Positions 50,021-62,450 of a stretch of DNA of 64,000 nucleotides are shown here, in pieces. The stretch spans positions 96,412,001 through 96,476,000 of the forward strand of contig NC_045696.1 in the NCBI RefSeq assembly GCF_009834535.1, given 5' to 3'. This DNA is from Camelus ferus. Lineage: Eukaryota. The stretch's first letter is position 1. Each line of letters starts with the position of its first letter. The position numbers were made by a program, and so were the translations under genes. The notes under the pieces were generated by a model. It saw only the letters and a list, made by a program, of their open reading frames with translations, was not told where the DNA came from and did no database searches.

Positions 50021-51249
50021 GGGGGGGGGAGTAAAAGCAAAGGCAGCGATGCCACTGTGAGACTTCAGGCAAATTACTTAACTTCTCTGTGCCTTCGGTT
50101 TCATAAATAACTCCCTTTCACTTGGCAACAGCTAATCAAGTAATTCCTGGAGGCCTGAAGTGACTTGCTGAATTCTTGACAGCCCCTCTGCAGATCAAAA
50201 TGTTCAAATCCTTTTTCTGTGTTGTAATCCTACACCTCAAAGAAGGGAAAGACCAAGCAGATCTCCAATATCATTAAAGTGACACCTTCCAGTATTTACT
50301 CGAAGGGTCTGCTCTCATCTTCCGTGAAGGAAAACTCGTATCAGTGTTGGTTGGAAAATGAAGGGTTATTATCAGAGCTCTGATTGGTCATTACAGATTT
50401 GGAGAATTTTCATCAAAGAAACCTCATAAAATATAACATGTAGGGATTAGTATCCTACTGGGTGACTTTCTTGCAAAAGTGGGAATTTTAAGAGACTTCA
50501 GAAGAATTAATATGCTCCACATGACAATTTATTTTAGCTTCTGGCTTTTCTTTCCAGGAGGCAAATCAGTGCAACTTCTGCCTTCGTTTTAGGTAGGTAA
50601 CAACTGTCAATTTTCAGACAGGCTTCACCTAGCTGTCCTCTCAGAGACAAAGAGGTGGCCGCCTCTTCCTCAGGTGGGGAGATGGAAGGAAGCAGGGTTT
50701 TTGATAACAGTTAGTCAAAACCAAGTCAATAGCTAACCAAGTGCAAGAATAGCAAGTTGCATTGATTGAACTTGCCTCAGCAGTTGGAAGCTCGGGAGGG
50801 TGGACGATCATAGACTAATTGGTTCGCTCTGCACCCCGAGAACACAGGGCAGTGAGGACCAGTGCAATCACTGACAACAGAGGCTCAGCACCTGCGAACT
50901 TCAACACCCAGTTTGCCTCTTCCAAACAAAGTTGAGACGTCTTCCCATTTTATCTTAATTTATCTTGATCTGTCTATTTATCCATCCAACCACCCATCCA
51001 TCCAATTTCTAATCAATAAGGGCTTTTCAAAACACAACCACAATACCATTAACATAGCCAACAAAATCAATAATAGTTATGTAATAGCATCTAAAACTCA
51101 GTCCATGTTCAATTTTCCTTGGCTATCTCAAAAACATTTTTTTTATAAAGTTTTGTTCAAATCACAAATAATATCCATACATTGCATTTGTTAGTATGTC
51201 TCCTAAATCTCTTTTAATCTAGAACAGTCAAAGGAATTTTTATGTCTTC

Positions 51250-52175
51250 ATTTATCCTTTCAATTATTTTTTAAAAGCATTTATGTATTCATTAACTAGA
51301 TAATGTTTGTGGGGTAGTAAAAAATTTTTTTTCCGACCACACTAAAAGGTACTTAATGAGGTATCCCTGTCTCCCTCCCCTGGAAGTGATGTTACCGGTT
51401 TCATGTGTAATCTTCTAGAAATGGTGTCTGCCTAGACGAGCATGCCCACCCCCGAGGCTGCTTGGTGTATAAGAATGAGGACCCGAGTTCAAATCTCTGC
51501 CACTTACTAAATACAAATTTTGGGCACGTTACATCACCTCTGAGCCTGCTTTTTCCTCTGGTAAATAGATCTAATAATAGTACCTATCTCATGGCATTGT
51601 TGAGAGAATTGAATCAGATAAATAAAGTATTTAAAAACTACTTGTTATTACATACATTCTCCTTTGGCTTTTTCCCAAATGATAGAATGATGCACTTTTT
51701 TCTTTGTTTGTTGTGTGTTTTTTCATCTAACATCACATTTTGATAATTCCATACCTGTTCTTAAAGAGTCGCTTCATTGTTTGAAATCATTGACTTGTGC
51801 AGATGCCAGACTGATAGACATGGGAGTTATTTCCTACCTTTTTTTTTTTTTTTGCCAAAAAAAAAAAAAAATGCTGCCATGAATATCCTAGTAATATTTC
51901 ATTGGATTCATGTGCACAAATATCCACAGGATAAACTTCTGGAAGTAAAATTGCTGAGCTAAAGGATACGTGCTTTTTAATACTTCCTAGGCAGTGCCCA
52001 ACTTCTCCGAAGGAAGCTGCACCAATTCACACTCCCAAGAAAAGTCCACAAGGGTCCCCACTTCCCAACACCTTAGCTAACGCAGGGTATCTTTACATGT
52101 TTTGATCTTTGTAAATAGGATTTGTGGAAAATGCTATCTCATAGATTTCATGTGCATTTCTCTTATTATGAGAAG
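51250..52175 (-). mobile_element. Ancient L1ME-type fragments with a MIR insertion at about 51470-51640
   Basis: aatgctgccatgaatatcc...gtaaaattgctgagctaaagg...caccaattcacactccca; MIR core tttgggcacgttacatcacctctgagcctg. Confidence 0.65.
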
Positions 52176-52429
52176 ATAAAGGAAATACAGTGCGAGTTAA
52201 ACCTCAGTAGTCAAATGATCTGCACATGACATGGCGGGGTACAAATGACCTTGTCTGTATTTGTGAAGAGGACGCTCCCTATCCGCCTGCACTGAGCATG
52301 TTTTACGTATGTACGTACATAGTTAGTTGTATCTAGCAGTGGTGAAGGGTTTGTTCTGAGCCCTTGTTCGGTGCAACTCCCTCACCTGGTTGCTTTCTGA
52401 CACACGGCCAGGAGTACAGTGTTGTGGCC

Positions 52430-53480
52430 CTGGACATGGATTTGCTCCCAACTCACAAGCTCTCTTTCTCTTCTCCCTTCTCACCTCTCGTTACAGCTTT
52501 TCCATAAGTGATAGCCATTCCCTTGGCTTTAAATACCAGGATCAGACTAGAGTGAGGCCATTCAGGGACCTAGGACATAAAATTTAAAGAGACATTCACT
52601 CTAGGGCCCCAGAGCGTGACTGTCTCCTTAAATTCCCCTATCTGCTTTAGGCGCCTTACTTTCCTGACCCTAGTTTCACCTCCTTAGATACCTCCGCCTT
52701 CTCCCTGGACCTCCAGACACGTAAGTCCTACATGTCATCTCCACCTGGATATCTTACACAACTCAAACTTCAAATACCTAAATCACAGCTCCTGCATCAC
52801 TTCCCACTCCCATGCCCAACCTGCTCCTCCCACTCGTCTATCTAACTTAACAGCATCACCATTTACTCAGTTACTCTAGGAGTTATCCGTGATTTCTTTC
52901 AATAAGCTCTATCTTCCATCTCCAAAATATGTTCCAAATCTGACAACCTCTCACCACCTCTACTGCTACCACCTTAGACCACATCCCCATATCTTACCTC
53001 TGTAAATATCCCCTGACCGCCCCACCAGGTTTCCCAGATTCCCTCCTCTCTCCACCCCTTTATACTCATTAGTCAGTGGCCAGAGTGATCTTTTTATATC
53101 ATGAAGGAGATCGTGTCACTCTCCTACTTAAAACCCTCCAGTAGCTTCCAAATGAATTTAGAATAAAAGCAGACCCCTTACTGTGGTCGACAGATCAGGA
53201 TCCAGCAGGTGCAACAATCTGACCCCAGCCCAGCAACCCGACTTCCACCTCTGCCTTGTCACCAGGAACTGCCGCCCGCACGGGCTCACTCCTGCCCAGG
53301 TTGTGTTCCTTTTCCCTGGACTGCTCTTCCGCAGATCTTTATACAGCCACTTCCTGCTCAACATTCAGGTGTCAGCTCAGGTGTCACTTTCCTGACCACT
53401 TCTGTCCACTCACCCAATCACTCAAAGTCCCACTTCCCTGTTTTATTTCTCCATAGCATTATGACTACATGAAAGTGTCT
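52430..53480 (+). mobile_element. L2 LINE fragment
   Basis: catctccacctggatatct, tccaaaatatgttccaaatctgac, cagagtgatcttttt, aaaaccctccagtagcttcc motifs. Confidence 0.8.
52540..52685. mobile_element. MER96-like hAT MITE nested in the L2
   Basis: Inverted structure actagagtgaggc...aaaatttaaagagaca ... tgtctccttaaatt...gccttact...accctagt. Confidence 0.6.
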
Positions 53481-53487
53481 TATCACT

Positions 53488-53940
53488 GTGCAACAGCCCC
53501 TCAAAGCTCAGGGGCTTAAAACAAAAACTCATTAGTTCAGCTGGACAGTTCTCAATTGGATCTCTTCTACTGTTACGGCTGAATGGCAGCTGGGGTTGGA
53601 GTCACCTGGAGGCTTTTCTGGGCCAGACTTCTAAGATTCTTCCCTCCCACGTCTGGTGCCCCGGTGCTCCTGCTGGTGGCCTCCTTCTCCAGCAGACAAC
53701 TGGACATCCTCCCGGGCAGCTCAAGCCTCCAAGAGAGAAGAAGTGGAAATGGCTGGGCCTTTTATAGCCTAAAATGGGTACGATGTACTTCTATTGCCAT
53801 ATTCACTGGTCAGAGCAGTCATAGGCCAGCCCAGGTTCCAGGAAATTGAGGAATAAATCCTACCTCTTAAAGGGGAAGTGACATGTATGTAAAAGGAGGC
53901 AAGAAATTGACCGTGGCCACTTTTGTCTGTAAAACATCAC
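53488..53940 (-). mobile_element. MaLR (MLT1-type) LTR nested in the L2
   Basis: ggggcttaaaacaa...gttcagctggacagttct...cactggtcagagcagtcatagg; L2 resumes at about 53945. Confidence 0.65.
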
Positions 53941-53944
53941 ATTC

Positions 53945-54095
53945 ATCTGTTCACTTGTTATTTGTCTGTCAACTCCTGTTAGGTTATAAGCTCCACAAGA
54001 CAATAAGCACCTTGTCTATCTTACTTTATGGTTCTTTTCTAGCACCAGGAACAATATCTGGCACACAGTAGGTGCTCAATAAAGTTTGGCAAACT
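53945..54095 (+). mobile_element. L2 3' end
   Basis: tataagctccaca...atctggcacacagtaggtgctcaataaagtttg. Confidence 0.8.
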
Positions 54096-54838
54096 AAAGT
54101 GGACTGAAGTAAATTTCTCCAGATTGGTTTGGCCAGGTTTGCTGATGCTAAGCATACTGATGCCTCACCAGATAAGAGAAATACCACATTTCTAAAATAT
54201 TTCATTTCCTCTGCAAGCAAGAAAAACTTGCCCTGAACACAAAATTTAGAGATAGATTTGGCATGTTTTCTAAACGGAAAAAATTTCTTGTATCACCAGA
54301 AATTATTTTCCCACAGCTTGTGCTACATCAAAATATTGAAGTTGACTGAAAATACCCCATTCTTAATCTTGGTGTGGACTAGAAACTTTTTTTTTTTTTT
54401 TGTCACAAAGGAAATACAAAAACCTCCTGTTATTTGAACTCCTCCAGATAGCGCCAAACTGAAAATGTCATTACAAGTTAAAATAGATTAAAAAAAAAAA
54501 AAGACTACTGAGAAATGTCATTAAAAGTTTGGTGATCAAAATGTAGAGTTCTGGGTTTTAAGGACAGTACTTGTTTATTTAAGTAATTACATATGACCGA
54601 GGGCAAAAAGAAAAATTCCTTCAAATCTCCCCCTTTGCTAGTTTTTACTGGTGAGTTTTATAAAATAATCTCATGTTTAAACCTTTTTGTAAATCCTTTG
54701 TAAATGAGTAAGTGAGAATGTATTCATCAGAAGGATTTTAGTGACTTTTGAAGTTAGAATAAAAGGGATTTAATTTTTTAAATTACACTTGCAGATGACC
54801 GCTGATGAAATTTCTTCTAATCTTTGTTTTATCTTCAG

Positions 54839-55018
54839 TTTTCCCAGATTTGCTCAAAGCGATCCCAGTGAGCATCCACGTCAACGTAGTTCTCTTCTCC
54901 GTGATCCTTATCGTTTCAACCCTGGTGGGGACAGCCTTCTTCATGTACAATGCTTTCGGCAAGCCCTTTGAAACGCTGCATGGTCCACTGGGGTTGTATC
55001 TTTTGAGCTTCATTTCAG
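54839..55018 (+). CDS. CLRN1: Clarin-1, second coding exon (codons 85-145)
   Basis: Polypyrimidine tract and acceptor ttttatcttcAG (54837-54838), branch-point-like ttctaat at 54815-54821. Joins exon 1 in frame (T|TT TTC CCA GAT) giving FFPDLLKAIPVSIHVNVVLFSVILIVSTLVGTAFFMYNAFGKPFETLHGPLGLYLLSFIS. Donor CAG|GTGAGT at 55019. 180 nt. Confidence 0.97.
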
Positions 55019-55084
55019 GTGAGTATAAAATTCTACCTCTGAAGCCAAATGGGTTTTTCAATGGGTAAAAGATTATCAGCCTAC

Positions 55085-55565
55085 CCAAATGTAAAGCGAA
55101 AATACATATACATGGATGGTCACTGTGGCATTATTTACAAGAGCAAAAAGTGGAGAGAAATATAATTATCCAACAATAGGGAATTCAGTAAATGTATTAG
55201 GGTAGTTTATTCAAATGAACACAATGCTGGCATTAAATTAATATTTTGGAAGATGTAATCAAAAGGATACACGCTTGTATCAAAAAGGTAAGTGAAAAAA
55301 AGCAGTATGTAAGATTTTATAAAGATGAATCCAATTTGATTTTATATATAAATATATATTCTATACTCTCCATATATATAGAGAGAGCCTCCATATATAC
55401 AAAAATACATATATATATGCAGACAAAGAGTCTATTTTGTTGGTAGTAGTTATTTCTGAGAAGGAAAATTATGGGTGATTTTCATTTTTTCTCAAACTTT
55501 TTAGTATTTCCAAATGTTCCATAATATGCATTTATTTATTCATAATCCAAAAAATGAATAAAAGC
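55085..55565 (+). mobile_element. Ancient L1ME-type 3' fragment just downstream of exon 2
   Basis: gatggtcactgtggcattatttacaagagcaaaa...tatccaacaataggga...attatgggtgattttcattttt. Confidence 0.65.
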
Positions 55566-56869
55566 CATCAAATAAGACTAAAGGGCCAGTGTCCCACCCA
55601 CACATGAGTTGCCATATTCAAGCTTGAAGAGATTTTGTGTAACCTAACGGTAGGTGTATCTGGACAAGGAAAACTCTAAGCGCATCAATAAACACATCCT
55701 ACTCACTAACCAGGGCTGATGGAAAAGCATTTAAAATCCAGTCAGTGCCACAGGGTGCTTAGCACATATTTACAAGGAGGAGAAAAAGAAAGATGAGAAA
55801 ATCAAAAGTGTCTACACAACTCAAATGTAGCCATTCTTCGACGGGAGGTCATTGATTTCACCCTACTCCAAAATGTGCAAAAAGACTCAATGCTTTTGTC
55901 CTATTCCTGGGAAGCAAGTAATTTTATTAATGATTTCATGGAGAGAGGAGAGAGAATACAACACACACCAGCCAACAGTGGATTGCAAATCCATATTAGA
56001 CTCTTTCCTTTTACTCGGCAGCTGCCCTTTGGCTGCCAGGCCCCAGGCCCCTCCTCTCTCTTTGCACCCCTCCCTTCCCCCTGCACAATTCAACTCTAGC
56101 CACAAACTTGCATAGCTCCCTCTCTACAAAACAAAGCCCCTTTGTAGTTAATGGGCGCTCACTAGTCTTAGAAGGCAGTGTACTGGCCTCCATCCATTAT
56201 CACTAGAGCACACTTCTTGGGGTCTCACCCCACCTACATCTTGCTAATCAGATTATTTCCCCAACTAAAGCAGTTCTCCCTCTAGTGCGGGTTCTGCTGA
56301 TTTTCTCTGTATCTCTCACAAGAAAATAATAGTTTTCAATGGTGCAAAAATGATGACCACAGGGGGTCAGAGTCTAAATCTTTCTCATCTTTCTATCTCT
56401 AGCAAAATCATCCAGCATGAGGCTCTGTACACAGTACACAGTACACAGTGCAATATGTGTTCGCTGACTTGAAAACTCAGGGCCAGAAGGAGATGTTGAC
56501 TTGCTTGCTTATATAACATAGTATAGAAAATCAAAATTCGGATGGGATGGAACTAGCAGGGCAGGCCCACAGAGACGGCAGCACTCAGCCAGAGAGAGTA
56601 AGATAAAGGAAGGCCAGGGCTTTGCAATCAGGGCAGAGGGGCAAGAGCACAGACACAGGATGCCGACAGACAGACCAGGATGGTGATTCAGTTTCACGGG
56701 AAGGTCAGGTTCGAAGTGGGTACGGGGATTACTTCACCCCCACCCAGCAGACCAAACCAACCTGGTGGCCCTGGGTGGTGTGCTGTTTTCCTGAAGGCCC
56801 CTGAATCAACCAGGGACCAGCCAGACCACAGAATCCGTGCTGCCTTAACAGAGGGAACACAATGTCCAC

Positions 56870-57058
56870 CAGTGGTCCTTCTACTGGAGTCCCCAGACCA
56901 GCAGCATCTGCCTCACCTGGGATCTTGATAGATGAGCAAATTCTCAGGCCTCCCTCCAGACTTTCCGAACCAGAAATTCCAGAGTAGGGCCCTACAATCT
57001 GGGGTTTACCAAGCCCTCCAGGTGATTCCAATATAAGCTCAGGTTTGAGAACTCCCTG
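56870..57058. mobile_element. MER5A-type hAT MITE
   Basis: cagtggtcctt...cagaccagcagcatc...caaattctcaggcc...caagccctccaggtgattc...gtttgagaac. Confidence 0.85.
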
Positions 57059-57074
57059 CTATAGAGGGTTGATT

Positions 57075-57460
57075 AAACAGGCATTGGAGACAAAAAGGAG
57101 ACCCTGGGGCAACTCAGATTTGGCAATGTGAGAAAGCAGCCACCATCCTTAGGGCTAAGAGAAGGTGGCACTGTACCCTGAGGAGACAGCGCTGTCACGT
57201 GACACCACGAGGCAGTTCTGGGAGTGTGGAAAGGGCTCAGGAACCCCCCAGCTGCTGCTGCCAGGAATGGTGGTACCCTGAGGCAAAGCCAGTCAAACCC
57301 TCCTCCCCTGCCCGGGGGTCCTCGCTCACCAGGTGCACTCCACTGGCAGAGCCTCCCAGGAAGCAGCTGACCAGGCAGAGCCAGGGTGTGGGGAGCCTGG
57401 ACCCAGCATCGCCAAGTAGGGAAAAGAAGAGCCGGCATGACGCTGAGACACAACAGCTTA
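57075..57460 (-). mobile_element. ERVL LTR (LTR16/LTR33-like)
   Basis: ctccactggcagagcctcccaggaagcagctgacc motif related to the 9200-9725 copy. Confidence 0.5.
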
Positions 57461-59049
57461 TTAACTGGCACGGCCATCTCACACTCCGGCTCCTGCAGGA
57501 AACTGAGAACAGCCCATTTGGAAGACAAATGATTTGACAGTTCTAACGGACGACCCAACTAACGCTATTTGAAAAGGGAGATGACTCAGAGGATACAGAA
57601 TTTAATCCAAGTCCCAGATCTTATCTCAGCCTTTGGCCAAGGCTAAGGCAAAGAAAACCTGAGCACAGAAATAGATGCGGGAACACACAGGCTCTGTGCT
57701 TACACTGTCGCTCTTCTATCTTTGAACTTGTTGCAGAAGCAGGTGCTCAGTGAAGGTTTGTGGATGAAGGAAGGAAAGGAAGAACCAGTTCTAGATCTGT
57801 GTCCTGCAGAGGATAAAGGCCTGGTGTTTCCAGATCATCTGTGTTTTGTTTTTGTTTTGTTTTTTAAGCCCTAAATTCTTATTTTTAAATACCAAAATTT
57901 CAACAATTTTTTTAAAACTGCATGACAAAACATCTTTGCGGGTCAGAAGGACTGACTGTGACCTCCAGGGGTAGCAGGTCACTCCTAAATCACAAACTAC
58001 CTCATCTCCCTTCAATCCACACACAGTGCCCAGAAGCCCCTGGAGGTTTGGAAATGTTTACCTAGAGTTGTGATATTCAAGGAGACCCCAGCTCTAAACC
58101 CCACTTTTGGGAGGGCGGGGGTTTCACAGCCCTTATCACACTCTGAACATAAGCCAATGAATCACACGCTCAGAGGCCTATATTAGGGGTTCCTTTAGTG
58201 TCCTCCTAAATCACATTACATTAGAGACCACCCCCCACCAGAAGCTCTCTTCCACTGAGTTTCCTCCCATTTCTCTGCCCAGGTGGCCTCCCGCACAATC
58301 AGCAGAGAAAAACTCCTTCCTCCTATTTCTTCTCCTTACACTCACCCCTGGGTTCCCCACGATGCCCCCTTTCCTTGCACTGATACCATTCCAGGGCCAT
58401 TTCTTCGGCTGTCTACCTCCCTGCTAGATGGGGACCCAAGGCATGGCATCCTGGGACATGAAGATGGTGGGAAGGAAAGGGAAAAAACTCTTCCTGCTTG
58501 TCCACCAGGGATCTTCCACGCTGCCCAGAGCAACAGCGCTGGGAGCATCTCCTTGTCTTTCCTAGTGTGCTGCAGGCCAGACCCCGGGGGGAGGAACGGA
58601 AAGGAAGCCACCCTCTGGATGAGGCCAGCAATGGTTTCGGTCATCACAGCCTGCTTGTCCTTACTGCCCTGTATCCACTTGCCCTCCCTCCTGGACCAGA
58701 AGCTCCTTGCACTTCATACGGCCTCCACTTTGGTCCATATCCCTCCGCCTTCGTCATGTAACTTTTCTGCTGCATCATTGTTCCACGAAACCCACTCAAG
58801 CCTGTTAATTTGCTCTTTCTCCTCTTGCCAATTATAAACTACGTCTGAGAAGTCTTTCCCCCGAGTTCGGATTTTAGTAACATCCTAATGGTCTCTCCTA
58901 GCTCATTTTGGACAGTGATTCTTTTCCCAGACTGTGCATTAGAATCACTGGAAGAAAGTTCTAAACATCCTGAGGCCAGGTCCCACCCCATCCTAATTAA
59001 ATTGGAGTCTCTGTGTGACCAGTGTCAAGAACCACTGATCTGGGTGCAC

Positions 59050-60250
59050 GTGTTTCATTTATTCAACAAATCCTGACTGAGTGCCACCAGGTGCCAGCCA
59101 TTATGAGAAGTACTGGTGATACCACAACCAAAACAGGACACTGTCCTGACTTCGTGGAGCCTACACTCTAGTAAGAGAGTCTACAGAAGTGTACATAAGT
59201 GATTCGAGCTCACAATAATCTCAGTAAGTGTGATAAATAGGCTACTGTGATACAGAATGAAGGAGAGGGGAGATCAGGTCTCCATATGGTAGTCAGTGAA
59301 GGCTACGCCACGTAGCTGAGTTCTAAAGATACAAAGGAGCTGAGGACCCTCAGGGAACTTCCCAAGGAGAGAAGAAAACACACGTGGGGATGCTTGAGAA
59401 AAAAGCCAGCTTGCTGTAGGGACAGAAAGAAGGCCTGTGTGGCTGGAGGGTACGCGGTCCTCATCCCACCCCATCCTGCAAAAATTAGAGTGATCAGTTG
59501 ACGTCAGTTAATGCCAGACCTCAAAAGCCATGGTAAGTCTTTTAGAATTGACTCTAATTGCAATGAGAAGCTTTTGAAAGACCTTAAGGAGAGGTCTGAT
59601 AACTGATTTACCTTTTAAGAAATATTTGGTGAAAGACTAGGCTATTGCACTGGAGATGAAGAGAGATGAATGGATGCTAAAAACATTTTGAAAGTGGATC
59701 CAAAAAGTTTTGCAGGTACCTTAAGCAATGAGTAGACAGTGGTGGCATTAACCAGGATGAATAAGACAGGGAAGAAACAGGCTTAGAGTTCAGGGCAAAA
59801 AAGAGGTGGGGAGAGGAGCTTAGCATTAGAAATCAAGTGTTCTATTTAGGGCATGTCAAGTTTGAGATCCTATGAGATGTTCCAGAGAAGATGTCAAGTA
59901 GACAGTCAGATAGATGAGTCTGGAGCTCAGAGAAGAGGTCTAGACAAAAGACATAAATTTAGGAGTTGTCAGCATACAGATATTATTCAAAGCAATGAGA
60001 ATAGATGAGATCATCTAAGAAGAGAATGTAGAGAAAAACTGGCCTAGGACCAATCCCTGAAAAACACCATCAGTTAATTTTTGGGTGGAGGAGCCAGCAA
60101 AAGACCCTGACTTGGCATGTCCAGAGAGGAAGAAGGAAAATCAGTGAGATGTGGTGTCCCAGAGGCTACAAGAGGGGGACATTTAAAGAGTACAGGTCAA
60201 CAGTGAGCCTTGTGAAAAGGAAGCCACCTGTGAGAGTAAACGAGAGGGAG
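59050..60250 (-). mobile_element. L2 LINE fragment
   Basis: ttcatttattcaacaaatcctgactgagtgcc tail; gcatgtcaagtttgagat...gatgtcaagtagacagt...gtctggagctcagagaagaggtctag. Confidence 0.85.
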
Positions 60251-61449
60251 GGGAGGGGCGCAGGGGAAGGCAGAATGGAAAACAGGGTGAAAAAAACTTC
60301 CCTCCAGGTTTATAATACAGTAGGAGAGCAAGGGAGACATACTCAGATTAAGGAGGTAGAGAAAGAGAGGGAGCCAAAATAGAGGAGCTGAGGGTAGAAG
60401 CAACTAGACCCCTGGTTTCCCACTGGAGCACTGATGTATGAGGGTATGCCTTTTATACCTTCCATGCGAGAAGTTTCACAGACTCTCACCCAGGTGCGCA
60501 CGTCAGAGAGCAGGTTACATGGAAGACTTGCCAGGGACCGATGGTAGCATATCCGAGACAGCTCAGTGTATATGCTCAGAGGAGGCTATGAGATGTATTG
60601 GTTCAGGCCTTTTGGAGGTGATGAAAACCACCAAAATGTGGACTTAGTGAAAATTTCTTCTCTTATAATATAGCATCATGTTTGAATTATACCAAGCAAA
60701 ACAAGCAAAGAAAATGACTGCCTTTCTTTAAGAAGGGGATGTTCCTAATAGGAACATAATTAATTATGCTAATTACAACTATGGCATGGAACATAAATAA
60801 GCACAGTCATACGTGAAAGAGGAAGACAGGAGAATAAAGAGCAGTAAGAAACAAAAGAATGCTTACGTCACAGAGCAGTTTCATATTTTAATGAAACATG
60901 TTTAATAATATTCTGGCCTCTGTAATAAGTCGAGGGCATATTATTCTGCAACTGGTAGTGAAAACCAGTCTGCAACTTATTTCCACTTCAGTCCTTATGG
61001 AGGAGCTGTTGTTCAGAGTCTGAGAAAGACATACAGGAACATGCAGGCATTAGAGCCACAGAGCCTGAGGAAGGGGAGGACTGGGGGTGGGAAAAGTCAC
61101 CAACGGAAATACTTGACCAGTTTCTCAGTGCAAACTTTAGAAAGACGGCCACAGAAGAAAGAGGAGCAACATTAGCCAGCTCATGATGGTAACAGGTGAG
61201 GAATTTTGATACGTAGGGCAGCATCCAAAGCGGCAGAGCCGTAGTGACCGGAGTGCACCCCAGGGCATTCAGGCAAGGACACAGCGGGACTGTTTACCCC
61301 GCTTTGCCCAAGGCCCAGCCGTGCATGACCTGGTACAAACCAGGAGATGCTCAATGTCGTCCTATCACAACTGCAGAGAGATCCTGTCCTGTTCAGAATG
61401 TGCACATGTGTCTTGCCTCTGTTTCATTTAGTGCCACAACCCAAGTGCT

Positions 61450-61880
61450 TGCTACTTCCTCCAAAGCCCACTCCAGAAACCCGCACAAACACGCCTCACT
61501 TCTGCCTGGTTCTCTTCTTCTCTCCACTTAACCCCCCCCGATTCCTTTGCACTCGCTGTTCCCTCAGTGGGAAATGCTTTTCCCCTCAAGTATCTCCCTT
61601 CTCACTGCCTGACTTCTTCAAGAGACGCTAAAGTGTCACCTTCTCCCCAAGGCCTCCCCTGGCCACCCCCTTCCCTGCTTTATTTTATTCTCCTGAATAT
61701 ATCTCATGCCCTGATAGACGACAGAATGTATTTATTTTGTTATTGCCTCTCTCACCACTGTCTGTACCACTGGGAGCTCCATGACGATAGGGATTTCTGG
61801 CTGCTTTGTTCACTGCTGTATCCCCAGTGGCCAGGACAGTGCAGTAAGCGCACAAGAAGTCTTTGTTGAGTAAAGGAATA
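61450..61880 (+). mobile_element. L2 3' fragment
   Basis: gctttgttcactgctgtatccccagtg...gtttgttgagtaaag-like end. Confidence 0.75.
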
Positions 61881-62450
61881 AAACAGAAGCAGCTCTACAT
61901 ATTTTCTAGTAACAAGTCACAGTCTCCTTTTCTGAAAACCAATTCAAATTAGAAAAAGATCACGCTTTAAGAGCATATCTTCTGTGCACAAATCACCCTT
62001 CTCACTAAAATGACATTTGCAAAACTCGCAAGATGTGGGCCCCTCAGCTCTCCCGTTACAGACAAGGAAGTGGGAAAGCTGAATCCAGCTGATGTCTACT
62101 TCATCCGCACCTGCTCTTTGGAAACACATGACCAAATCATCTCCGTGACGACCTCAACATTTACTCTTAGGTATTAGCTTGCTTTACTTGTCTACATGGT
62201 AGCCACTGGTCTCTAAAGCAGTTTGGAACTGGTGTAGCTTCCAGTTAAAGAAGAAATCATTGCTGGAGACCTGACCAATAATAACGAACTTTCTAGTGAG
62301 ATTTACACAATTTCACACAAAATTAGCATCTACATCTGAAAAATTGTGGCTTTTCCGACCCCATTTGTCATCTCTCAAGACTCCTGAAAGAACGAAATTG
62401 ATCAATTGATCATTCTGCAGAGGAAACAGAATGCCTCCAATAGTTGTCAC

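Larger units (their letters stand above)
32643..54838 (+). other. CLRN1: CLRN1 intron between coding exons 1 and 2 (22,196 nt, GT-AG)
   Basis: GTAAGT...TTCAG boundaries that join the two exons in frame. Confidence 0.93.

Noticed and set aside
50000..54800. Orthologue of the human alternative first exon (MQALQQQP-type short isoform)
   Set aside because: Could not locate a matching sequence by eye; needs an alignment.
55019..55068. ORF-track extension of exon 2 (GEYKILPLKPNGFFNG*)
   Set aside because: Read-through past the GTGAGT donor; no evidence for intron retention.
58283..58837. 184-aa plus-strand ORF in intron 2
   Set aside because: Non-ATG start, no resemblance to the clarin C-terminus or any family I recognise.
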